Origin: Chlorokybus atmophyticus | Lineage: Eukaryota > Plantae > Mesostigma and Chlorokybus algae | NCBI GenBank assembly: GCA_009103225.1 | Contig: RHPI01003533.1 | Coordinates: forward strand, 244,713-308,712 | Length of the DNA stretch: 64,000 nucleotides | Direction: 5' to 3' | In this document: piece by piece, positions 12,145 to 24,098 of the stretch | How the letters are laid out: every line of letters starts with the position of its first letter | How positions within the stretch are numbered: the stretch's first letter is position 1 | Notes under the pieces: model-generated | Databases searched by the model: none | What the model saw: only the letters and a program-made list of their open reading frames with translations | What the model was told of the DNA's origin: nothing | Position numbers and translations under genes: made by a program

Positions 12145-15100
12145 CTAGGCCCTGTTTGCAGCGTCAGCTGCGCCTCTAACCTTGAAGGGGGTAATTCTCT
12201 CCACATTCACTGTTTCTTGCTTCAAACAAGCTATGTGCTCAACCAAGATAGTTGTTTTGGCCGTGTTGCATATCTCTTTGATCACATAACCTCCTTTCCA
12301 ATTGCCAGCAGCCCCTGCTGCTCTGGGACCGGTTCTCAGCATCACAGTTTGCCCAACCTGCAACCACGCTAGTTGAGTTGGGTCAAGTGGTTGCTTCCTT
12401 GTTGCAAAGTCCTCAATCTGCTTCTGCTGAGCTTGCTCAATATTCACCAGAGCTCGATCATAAAGCCTGCTCACAGACTCTTGGCGTTTCAGCAGCAATG
12501 CAGCTAAGTCCGCCTCTCCCATTGTGGCATAATCCAACTCCTCTATCTCTGAGTTGCTGACCACATTATCAAGCTGAAGCTTGGGGTCTCTGTGATACAC
12601 CATCTTAAACGGTGTCACGCGAGTGCTGCGTTGCTTGGTTACACGGTAGGTGAACAGCACTTGTTGCAAATTCTGCTCCCACCGGTCTCCCACCATGCTT
12701 TTGAACAATGCCAACTTCACTGTCCCATTTATTCTCTCAACCAACCCATTTGTTTGCGGGTGGTAAGCGTCTGAGTTGACGTTCTCAACATTGTAGCGTG
12801 ACAGCAAGTCTTGCACTTCACTGTTGAGAAACTCTTTCCCATTGTCACTCTGAATGATAGCGGGAACACCATGACGGCAGATGATGTCCTCAAGCAGAAA
12901 CTGGCGCACATGAATGCCCTCTTTTGAAGGAATTGCCTTTGCCTCGACCCATTTAATGAGGTAATCAATGGCCATGACAATGTACTTGTTGCCCTTTACT
13001 GTCTCAGGCAGTGGTCCAATCAAATCAATTCCCACTCCGTGAAAGGCTTCACCAGTCACTTTGATTGGATGCAAGGGAGCAGGCTCACGGGATGTACGCC
13101 GGTGCTCTTGGCAACTCATGCAAGAGTTCACATACTCTGTCACTTCCTGAGTCATCCCATACCAGAAGAATCGAGGGCGCAACATTTCAAGCACCTTGCC
13201 AGCACTTGGGTGATGCATGTTGTCGTGATGCATCTGGATGATACCACGCCTCAGACTCTTAGGTGGAACTCTGCGAGTCACCATCTGTGGCCGATCATCC
13301 TTATCATAAGTGCTTCTCCCCTTCTTGTTGCCAGGCCTGGTCCAGACCTCACTGCCTTTCATTGCAAAGCCTTTGGCTCGCTTGCGTACTCGCCTCCTTT
13401 CTTGCTTTGACAGTGCTTTGATGCTGGATGGTTCCTTCAAGTATGTGAGCAACACCTGATCATCCATCACATCTTTTATGGGCTTGCCAGCTGAAAGTTT
13501 TGATGGGGGTAAAGTTTGCGCTTCAACTGGAGCCTCCACTATGTCCTCCCCTTCACCATCGCTCACCTGAGCCACAAGGCTTGGCATAGTGTCTGATTCA
13601 GCAACGTCTTCCCCCTCAGTGCATGTCTCAAGTGCCTCCTCTTGTGCCTTATTGCCGAGGTCAAGCTCATCAGAAGACATCCCCCCCACACGCACTACCT
13701 CTTCTTCAGCAGTGTATAAGTCTGGAGGATTGCGGCTCAGCGCATCCACATGGTCGTGGTTCTTGCCAGGCTCATACTCCACCACAAAGTCATACTCCAG
13801 CAGCTTGAGTGACCATCTGGTGAGCTTGCCCGTAGGATCAACCGTATTCATCAACCATTTCAGAGGGCGATAATCCGTCACCACCGTGAAGGTTGTACCA
13901 TGCAGGTAGTGCCTTCACATCTCCACACTCCACACGGTAGCGAGGCACTCTTTTTCAGTTACACTGTAGTTTCGCTCAGCCTTGTTGAGCATCCGGCTGG
14001 CATAAGCTACAACATACTCTTGGTTGTCCACACGCTGTGACAATATAGCTCCCAAGGCATAGTCTGAGGCATCCGTCATCACCACAAAAGGCATATCCAG
14101 ATCTGGCCTCCTCAACACTGGAGCAGTGGTCAACGCGTGTTTCAGCTCATCAAACACTTGCTGCTGCTCTCCCCCCCACACAAATGGCACCACACTGGAC
14201 GTCAACTCAGTGAGTAGTTGTGCTTTCTTGCTGAAGTTCTCCACAAACCTTCTGTAGTATGAAGCTAACCCCAAGAATGAGCGCACACGTGTTTGTGTAG
14301 TTAGCACAGAGCACTCATGTAATGCCTTCAGCTTGCTGGCTTGTGGTTTCACCCCATTCTCCATTAGGTCATGTCCCAACATGTCAACCTCATACATGCC
14401 AAACTTGCACTTCTCGAGTTCCGCCACAAGCTGTGCGTCACGCAGGGCTTGCATCACCAAGTTCAAATGCTGAATGTGTTCTTCAAAGGTGTTGGAGTAC
14501 ACAATGATGTCGTCAAAGAACACCAGCACGAACTTGTTGCTGTACTTTTTCAACACTGGCGTCATCAGCCTTTGGAACGTCGCTGGTGCATTGGTGAGAC
14601 CGAAGGGCATGGTGTTAAATTCATACAAGCCTGTCTTGGTAACAAAAGCTGTCTTCTCACGGTCATGAGGCTCCACCCACACCTGATGGTAAGCAGACAG
14701 CAAGTCCAACTTGCTGAAGTACTTGGCTTTGCCCACACTGTCCAAAATGTCGTCACACCTTGGCACAGGAAACCTGTCTTTCTTTGTGACCTCATTCAGC
14801 TTGCGGTAGTCTATGCAAAGCCGCCAGCCGCGGCCGTTAGGCTTGGGCACCATCACAATCGGTGAAGACCATGGGCTTGATGAGGGACTCACAATGCCAG
14901 CCTGCAGCATGTGTGTTCAACTTCTTCTTCAATCTGCTGATCCTCAGCACGTGAAGTGCGGTATGGCTTTTGCACAATGGGGCGAGCATCTTCAGTGTCA
15001 ATCGCATGTGTCACCATGTTAGTGCCAGGCACTCTCTCTCCCAACACAAACTCTTGCTTGGTAGCAAAGAGATCATCAAACTTGCTCAGCAACTCCACCA

Positions 15101-16780
15101 CCTCCTCCCTTTCTGAGTGTGCTAACTCAGAGTTGATGGGAAGCTGATGCACTGTCATAATCTTTTCAGCTTGCTTGACCTCTATGCCTGGGGAAGATGT
15201 GAAGGACATTGTGACACCCGCTCTAAGCTCTCCGTCAAAGGTGAGCTGCCTGCTGGAGAATGAGAGATTTGCACCAGCTCGAGCTAGCCAGTCCGTGCCA
15301 ACCAGCAGGTCATCCATTGTTGAGGGGCTGACGTTTACGCGTACGGCATGCGTAATATCACCAATGGTAATGGGGAGCTCCTCAAGCACTCCCAAAAAGG
15401 CGCACTTGTTACCATTGGCAACTCTCATGACTCGGCGGGTGGGTTGCATTGAACTTTGCAAGCCTAACGCTTCCATCAAGGTTATTCCCATCACAGTGCA
15501 TGATGCACCTGAGTCAATCACAGCCTCCACCTCCCGACCCATGATGGTTACTGTAGCATAGGTGGCAGTATGCTCAGTAGACTCAGTCATGTGCACCACT
15601 TGAGTGTCGCTCTTCTCAAGCTTTCTGAGGTAGGTAGTCAATTGCTGTCTGTGTTGAGGACTCACTTTCAACAGTTGCTTGATAGAGATCTTGGCAGTGA
15701 CGTAGTCTAATTGCTCCAGCACATCATAGTTCTCTCCCTTTGCCACCTCATGTGAAGTGTGCATCTTCACAGGCTTGGTCCACACAGCTGTCACCTCTTC
15801 AGTCTCAGGCAGGTGTGGTGCAGATGCGCATGCTGCCGCAGCAGTGCTGCAGGAGGGCACATCCGATGCAGCTGGAATAAGCATGGTTGGCTTGTCATGC
15901 TTAACCTCATCCTCACTGTCACTCATTGCCACCACCATAGACACTTTGGAGGTTGACCCCACCACGTTGCTTGGTGTTGCCATTTGCTCCTTGACCTTGG
16001 CTGCTGCCCATTTGGGCCACATGGGCTTGATGTGACCTGTCTCGTGACAATAATAGCACTGCCTGGTGTCTGGTCTCACTCCTCCCTTCCTGCATAGGCG
16101 TTGCCTTGCTGATAAGCTTGAGGCTGTGTCTTTGTCACCACCTCTGCTAGATGTACCTTTTGTTCAGTCAATTGTTTCATCATAGCATCCATTTTCTTCT
16201 GCAAGTCTGCTAATGCACTTGCCTCCTTTGCCAAGACTTGCTCTTTGCCAACTTGCGCTGCCTGCATAATGCCCTCAAAAACTACAGCATCATTGATGGC
16301 TTGCTCCAATTCCTCAGGCCTTCTGTTAATAACCTTCTCACGCAAGTCTGGCCTCAAGCCTTGTATAAAGCGCGTCTTCTTCCAAGGGTTTGAAAACTCT
16401 CCCCCCAAGCGATCCATGAGCTTCTTCAGGTGGTCTGCGTACGTGCGCACGCTCTCGTTGACCCCTTGCTTCTTGTCATGCAACTCATTCATGTAGATGC
16501 TTGGGTCCCCCACATCAAAGCGTTCTTTCATGGCCACTTTCAGTCCTGCCCAGGTGCTGAACTCACGAGTCAGGTACCAAGTCTGTGCCTCATCCCTCAG
16601 GTGTGTGGCTGCCAGCTTGTACGTGATCTCCTCATTCCAGTTATAGGCATTAGCCATCATGTCTACATGCCTCAGCCATGCTATAACATCCTCCTTCAGC
16701 TGACCATGAAATGTACTGAGCTTTGGTGAAGGCAGCACCACCCTAGGTACAGCAGAAGTAATCTCTGTCACTGCTGCCAT
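12145..16780 (-). pseudogene. Gag-Pol of element 2, disrupted
   Basis: Gag from ATG at 16780 (KLSTFHG..EDVIAWL); knuckle CYYCHETGHIKPMW (last Cys lost); PR motif AVIDSGAS; RT motifs WRLCIDYRKLN and VFFDDIIV; RH motif MTDASD; IN motifs HH..CMSC, GIDLIG, SDNGKEF and GLVERIN. Frameshifts near 16080 and 14905, in-frame TGA at 13915-13917. No chromodomain. Confidence 0.92.
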
Positions 16781-17470
16781 GGTGTTTTTCTGTTGCTTTT
16801 TTCTTTTCGTAGGTTCCACCCCCTCACTCAGGCTTAGCTGAGGGTTTTGTTGTAACCCCTTCCTGGTAAGTGGGCGGTCCTCAATTTTTGTTGGGTGATG
16901 TTTTGTTGGCAGGCCCAAAGGAATTAATCAATAAAATTGTAGAGTATTGCTGGCACAACCTGCAAATACCCCCTCTCCCTCAACGTGAGGTGGAGTAATT
17001 TTACATGATTAAAACCCCCCCACAGGAGTGTTTTGGTTGGTAATTTTCTGTTTTTCTTGCTGCAATTTTGGCTAAGTCCTTGGTGTCTCACAAGGGTGAG
17101 TTGGGCTGGAGCACCGTCCTTCGTCGTCACGCCCGGCAGCGCGTCGTCACACTTGCCGTCACACTTGCCGTCACTCTTGCCGCCCCACGCCCTGCCACCC
17201 GCTGTTCCTTAATCCACTTAATACTCCAGAGTTAAGGTCGCGTCCTCAACTCAATTAAGTGATTACGAACGGCCCTGCAGTGCTGTTCGCGGCTACTGCC
17301 GTAGGTGTAACACCTACGTCCCTTTGGCAGTGCTACGCAACCCTATTTGGCGGTCGTAGGTTTCACACCTACATCGGCGGTCGTAGGTTTTATACCTAGT
17401 GGTGTCCGGTACCCCACAAATGGCTTATTATCACCGGCCTAACTGGCCCAATGACCGCTCCGATACCAAA

Positions 17471-18088
17471 AGAAGCCGGTGGATGACCGGTAGTGGCGCA
17501 GTCACCATCGTCATTCACGTGGCCTGTGCGCCGAACGTATTAGCACACACAGCTCATGCCCACCCGGGGAGGCAATGAGCAAAATTCATTGTGAAATTGT
17601 GACATTCACATAAGCACGCCATGCATCATTCACTCAAGTTTCAGAAGTCATTCTTGTATCAAAGATGCTTGAAGACAAGGCGGCTCCCGGGTTGCCTACA
17701 AGTGAGCCGCTGAACTACTTTTATACCCTTGTCACTGGTCTTATCCAACTAGGCATGCAATAACAAATAAGCTTATTAACCACTGTTTGATTAATAATGC
17801 AACTATTATATGTCGGCATAGCCACACTAGGGCATCTTCCCTAGCTATTTACAGCCATTTCCTGCAGTAAGACCCGTGGCTAACTGCCTTATTATGCGAT
17901 CACATGGTTAATTAAATAACCAACATTATTTTAACTACATCAACACCTACTGGCCGTTGATGCAGCACCTCCTCGCCGTCTTCATCGCACGGTCGTCACG
18001 CTCCGCGCACGGTCTTCATCGTTGTGTCGTGATTGGACCACGCGGCCTGGTCGCTGTCTCGCTGCCGGGCACCCGTCTAGTACCCACA
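17471..18088 (-). repeat. 5' LTR of element 2 (618 bp; lacks the terminal CACA next to the PBS)
   Basis: The element strand ends ...CCGGCTTCT-TT-TGGTATCGGAGC, versus ...CCGGCTTCTCACA in the 3' LTR. Confidence 0.93.
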
Positions 18089-19459
18089 ACCACTCCCCAC
18101 CGGCGCGATAAGTGGCCTCCTATCCATTGCGCGCCAGGATAGCGCGATGGATAGGAGGGTCAGATAGATGAGGACTATCCTAGAAAAGATAAATCATTTC
18201 TAGGATAGTTGGAGCGGTGGGATAGGAGTTGATTGCGCCCCAACACTTGACGCGTGTGCTTCTGACAGTAGGAATTGTGGTTGGCGGGAATTACAAAATA
18301 GGGTTAGGGAGATTTCAGCAGCATTGGTGGCAGAGGCAGCAGGGGCGGCGGCAGCGGCGGTGGGGGAGGTGGCGGGCGCACGCGGTGCTGGGTGGTTGAT
18401 TAGGGCGTTGCATTGCAAGTGGCGTTAAATTGTTGCCGCTTATGGCCGGCTGCAATTGGCTGCGCCGAGCTGATGGTAGTGTGTTCGATCGCTACCAGGA
18501 CAATCAGTACGTCACAGGTGTGTTCCGGACCAAAACCATGCAATGGGTGTTTATGGTTGTGGTTGTGTTGTTGTTGTTGTTGTTGTTGTTGTTGTCGTTT
18601 TTGTTGTTGTTGAGGAGGAGGAGGAGAAAGAGGGGGAGGAAGTGGAGAGGGACGAGGACTTGACGTGCTGTCAATCATGCTTATTGTAGTTGCATTCTTG
18701 TTGTTGTTGTTGAGGAGGAGGAGGAGGAGGTGGAGAGGGGTTGAGGAGGAGGAGGAGGAGGAAAGTAGATTGTGCAGTCAGTGCTGCTATGATTTTGTGT
18801 GTATGCGCATGGAGTGGATTGTACTGTCATTCATGTTGTGTTTGTGTGTGGGGGTGCAGAGCTGCAGGAGGAGGAGGAGCGGCGTCAGGCACAGGCAACC
18901 AAGTCTCACACCCTTGCATTTAATACGTGTGGCCCATACAATGGAGTCCTTGTGCCTGCTGGCTATGACAGTCAGCCGGCATGGGATGAATTGCAGAGCT
19001 AATCTCAGCAACGTCAACAGGTTGCTGTATTATCATGTTGCAATATTGTCATGTGTTGTGTTCGGTTTATGAGGTCTATGCATGCATGTGCAACTTGGAC
19101 GTGCAACTGAGTATGCATCTTGTTCATGGGATCAATCGCAGAGCCAACCTTACAAGCAATGCCTGGGCAGGTGGGCAACTGTCAGTGCTTGCAGTTTTGC
19201 TGTGCTGTTACGTGCTTTCATACTTGTAGTTTGATTTGTATTGGTTCTCAAGCAACTTGATCAGGATGGGCCATTGGGGAGACCATCTACCTCCCATACA
19301 TGCATGCAGCAACTAGCGCCTCCTGCTGGTCGGCCCTTCATGCATCCCTACATAAACAAGCACACGCCAATGCCAGCCACACCTGGCGCTGGGCATCAGC
19401 CAGCATTTCTTCCTCCTGCACACACGCCACACCCATTTTAGGTGACGATAAGCAACCTA

Positions 19460-19495
<36 letters not shown>

Positions 19496-22400
19496 TCTGA
19501 AACATTGCTGCATGTAGAACTGCTCGGGAGTGCCACCCACACACCCCAGCGACCCGCGTGGTGCACACCCGTCCTTCAGCAACGCACACACGCCAGCTCA
19601 AGTCGTGAGTGCTATACATCCTGCACATTACCTCAACCACAATTGCTGATGCTGCCATGCGTGCAACTGCTTATGATGGCATCTGCTCTTGCACCTGTTG
19701 AATTGTTAATGTGTTGAGCGGGTACACTGGTGTACAGTCGGCACCATCCCACGACACCCAAGCTTCACATGGTGCGGAAGGCTTGAACAAAGACGACTCG
19801 ACACAGCACCTCGACATGCAACCCAACGCCCATGATGTTGGCAATGAACAGGCAGACACAGGGGTGAGTTAGTAGCATGACACCATTGCTTGCTGTAAAG
19901 TGCTGCAGCTGGACATGATTGATTAATGCATGGGGCGCAGCAGACTCAAGGCGATCCTGCTGGCAAGAAGCGAAAAGCAACAGCAAAGCGCATCAAAGAC
20001 GGTGTTGGACATGTCGCAAAGCAAATAAAAACCCGGGCACGAGAAATGCGAACAGCCTCCACCCATCTAGGTCCAGTCAAATACTGAGCATGACGATCCC
20101 ACCACACTTCATCACGGAAATATTTCCACACTCGTCCGGTGAGGAGCATCCCAGACTCTGTGAGCAGCTGGCCAAGCATGGCTAAAAGCTGAGTAGATGG
20201 GTATGTTGCCAGAGGTCTTTGCGAGAGCGGTGATGGTGCATGAGCCATCTCCAGCAACATGTCCTCTTCATCATATATCTGAGCCAGCTGCAACCGAGTA
20301 TCTTCCATTTACACGTCCATAAAGCCAATCGAGACCACTTGTTGCTGCACATTCAGCAACCACATGACGATGATGACGCTTATTGCAGTGGCGTCATCCA
20401 TTGTCTGTGCAATTGGGTCTGCACAGGCATGCACAGCTTGTTGGAATTGCGAGCAGCATGTCAACCTCATCACATATATACACACGGTTGTGTTACAATG
20501 TGCTTGCATGATGTTTGGCATGCTGTGAGTGATGTCATGCATGTCTACAACTACTGGCAGCATATCCTGTCATCACACAAGCATCACTGCTACTTCAACT
20601 GCCAGTCATAGAGCAAAGAAACACAACTTGTAAAAGGATTTCAAGTATTATGCCTAGCAACATTCAGAGTCAATGCTAACTTAGGTATCAAGTATCACCC
20701 ACTTACATGCTAGCTAGCCTGTCCTCACAATTTAATTTGCACGCCTGACGCTGCATTACAATCCATGCTTCACCGCTCTGGTACTGGCCGACGCAGACCT
20801 GCCACAAGCTGAAGGTCAGATCTTGATTTGTGTGCCGCTCACATGTATGCCGACACACACTCCCATATAGACACCCACCAACGCAGACGCACTGACTGAC
20901 TAGCAACCCACCCACCCACCCACCCACCCACCCACCCACACACCCACACACACACTGATGCACTGACGAACGCACTGTCTGACGCGAACACGACTTACTC
21001 CAACTACCCCACCTCATGCACAGACACACGAGCCACACACGCACACACCAAAGCACCGACTGCCTGACTGACGAGCTGCAGTGCCAGCGCCTCGCCCACC
21101 CCCCAACCCCACCCCACACATACCCACGCACACAAACGTTTGCACACCGCACTGAATGATACGCATTCATACGACTCACCCGTATGCCTATTGTGCTGCT
21201 GTGCTGCCAACCGCCGCCAACCACAACACGCCTGTTGCCGCCGCCCAAGACGCCAACGCCACCACCACCACCAGAGCAGCGCTAGCGCCAGCGCCACCAC
21301 CACCACCAGAGCAGGGCGTCACAATGGCGGCAAATCACGCCCTCGTCACTCGAGGGCTCCCGCTGCTAGCAAAACCCTAATCCGCTAGTAGTCGGTGTAG
21401 ACTATACACCGAGGCTCGCAATAGGATGTGATAAATGAGCTGTTTTTCGAACGATTTATGTTCTATCCTATTCGACTGCTATTTGTCCGGTAGGGAGAGC
21501 CTCTTAATGCTTGGTTAGGCAGGGACGTTAACATATATCTGTATGCCTCTTGTGTCCGTTTTATTGCGTAAGAGCAAGGCGGCACTCAGAGTGCCGTTTA
21601 CGCAGTAAGGCCCTCACTCATTGTTACTGTTCAACTAGGTAAACATCGCATGTTCGGTGGACCAATAAGTTTGACTAAGTGAACTCCAATGGCATTGCTG
21701 TCACCTAAACCAGGGTTGTTGTACCACCACAAAAGTGTTTACCGTCACATTGTTGTGATAAACACTCTTTGACTACGAAGTGATGTTCGTGTAGACCAAT
21801 AACATAACATTTAATCATCAATTCAAATTATATGTGCGCGAATCCTATTCAATGGTGTTGAAACGATACTCCATTGATCTTATTGACATGCGGCCGATAT
21901 TGCGTCAAAAGTCATATCTGCGTAATTGGATTCGCTCGGCAAGTTGCCAATGACTTGGCAAGCGGTCCGAACATCTTGCATGCAATATAACTGCATTTGT
22001 CAACCAGTTCGATCGCTGCGGGCATGTGGAGGGTTGCGCAAAATAAAGAGTGTAGGCAGCGAGGATTTATCACAACATGCACATGGCGGATGAGGCTGAT
22101 CGTGAGTGTGAGGATAGCCAGCATGAGCACCATGAGCACAAAAAAGAACGTTCCATGCCTGGCAAGAAGGCTGATTAGCTCAGGTTTTGAAAACAATTAT
22201 GGGTTGCCGACGGCTTTGATATGTGCGGTAGCTATTGCAGCACTTGCATGGCACATTAATGGCAGTGTATACAGAAAAACACGTTGGTGCACTGCTATAA
22301 AAGGGGTTTGAATGTGTTTGTAAAGCTTATGAGCGCTTCATCCTCAATAAGCCCGATGGGTTCATGGAGCAGTGGAACAAGTTGAACAAAAGTAGGTTTT

Positions 22401-24098
22401 ATTCCGTATGCTGGAGCAACTTGAAACAGAAGGCCCTTGCCCTATGCTTGAACAACTAAAAATGAAGGCATTTAGCTTTTTAATTATGACATTTGAGATG
22501 ACGCGATCTGGTGCACATGCTTAAATTCCGGGCTTAAGCGATATGACACGTACGAAGGGTATGTGATGCAACATGCTAAAGATGAGAAACTACGACATCC
22601 TCTCACGGTATACGTTGCTAAACCCATGCATTGAATGGAAGCACGTCAGCAATATAACTTTTATTTAAAGTCTTCAGCATTGTATATAAATATCTTCAAA
22701 AGCAGTGTCTGCAATCACGGATAAATATGGCGTCCCAGTTAAAAGTCGAGCCACACGGGAAGCACCCGCTGCGGTATCGCATGCAGCCATGCAATCATGA
22801 GCACGAATTGACATAATAATAATCATCAGCATGTGGTAAATAATTCAAAGCTCTGTTTCAACACTTTTGCTGGCTGAACATTTGTGACTGCCACAATCAT
22901 TGCATTACATGATTTATCGATGCCCTACTTGCTAAGTATATGAGTCATATAGTAATTTTCATCGCTCATCGCATGATTGAGTAATGCATGACAATGGTGT
23001 TTGAAAGTTATGCTAGCCACTCGTTAACATTGTATGTGTCACATACAATGTATTGGCGATTGTCAATTGGGCAATGATGTCGCAAATACTTGCAATTTTG
23101 TTGGTAAAACAAATTGCCATAATACAATTTGCACCTCAAACGAGCGTCAACATCACTCATTGGTTTTGATCGACATGTCGAGAGTTTGAGCTATCTTATG
23201 CTGGCTATAATAAGGGAAATCAATAACAATCATTGACCGGCATGACATTTGCAAGTTGATGTTATTGATTTTTATAATAATATTGTGATGTATAATTGTA
23301 CATGAATTTTTGCAAAACTTGTGCAGTATGCCTACATCCAAAAAATGTAAATCAGCGATGTATACATAAATTTACATCAGTGTGCATAACACGATCATTG
23401 AATTATAAGGTGAGCAAAAAACCTATATAGCGCACTTTTATTTTTATGCAATCAATGTGTGTACTTTTCACTTTGTAATAATTATGCTAGTGCAAAATTA
23501 AAATTCACATGAAATTCACATATATGCACATTATCACATGGCCAGGTTGATATGCTGAATTCATTTATATCGATGTAATATGCTATATCAATGCCCATAT
23601 TAAGCAATCGCCTCCTTTTTTAAATCGAAAGAACTTATACACCGCACCATAAACGACATCATTATTCAATGCGTTGCGCTATAGCGCCTATGTATGAATT
23701 ATCCTTAGATTGATAAGCACATTGTCACAACATACATGTACAAACCTGTGAATTTACTGACATCATGATATCTTGGTTGTTTGCTCACCTCTGTAAGTAA
23801 CATGAACGCTTTTCGTATAGACTTCGAGACATATAACTCCTGTGACAGAAGCAGCTTTCCTGCAAGCAAATCGCTTTCAGCAGTTGTCTAACATCCAGAA
23901 CATGCTCTTACCCATGTGCAAACCGCATGCCTGTGACCAAGTAAGCAGACACGTGACCAGCCGCGGGCGACCCTGTTATCTGTTACATTTGCCCCAAAGA
24001 AGCTGAAAGGTTGGTTGGCGTCATACTTGTTCGTGTCCGTGTCAGCCTCCGCCTCCGCCTCCACCTGCGCCGCCTCTGCATCGTCCTGCCACTTTGAC

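Larger units (their letters stand above)
8713..18088 (-). mobile_element. Full-length non-chromodomain Ty3/gypsy LTR retrotransposon (element 2) with 3' accessory ORF region
   Basis: LTRs at 8713-9334 and 17471-18088 with about 9 substitutions. Outer termini TGTG...CACA with 4-bp TSD ACCA (8709-8712 and 18089-18092). PBS complement GCTCCGATACCA at 17457-17468, PPT complement near 9346-9357, gag-pol on the minus strand. Confidence 0.95.

Noticed and set aside
18300-21390. Exon-like pieces on both strands (for example ELQEEEERRQAQ..., GDPAGKKRKATAKRIKD, and minus ORFs at 19946-20563)
   Set aside because: No consistent splice model or family could be built; may be a decayed gene or transposase.
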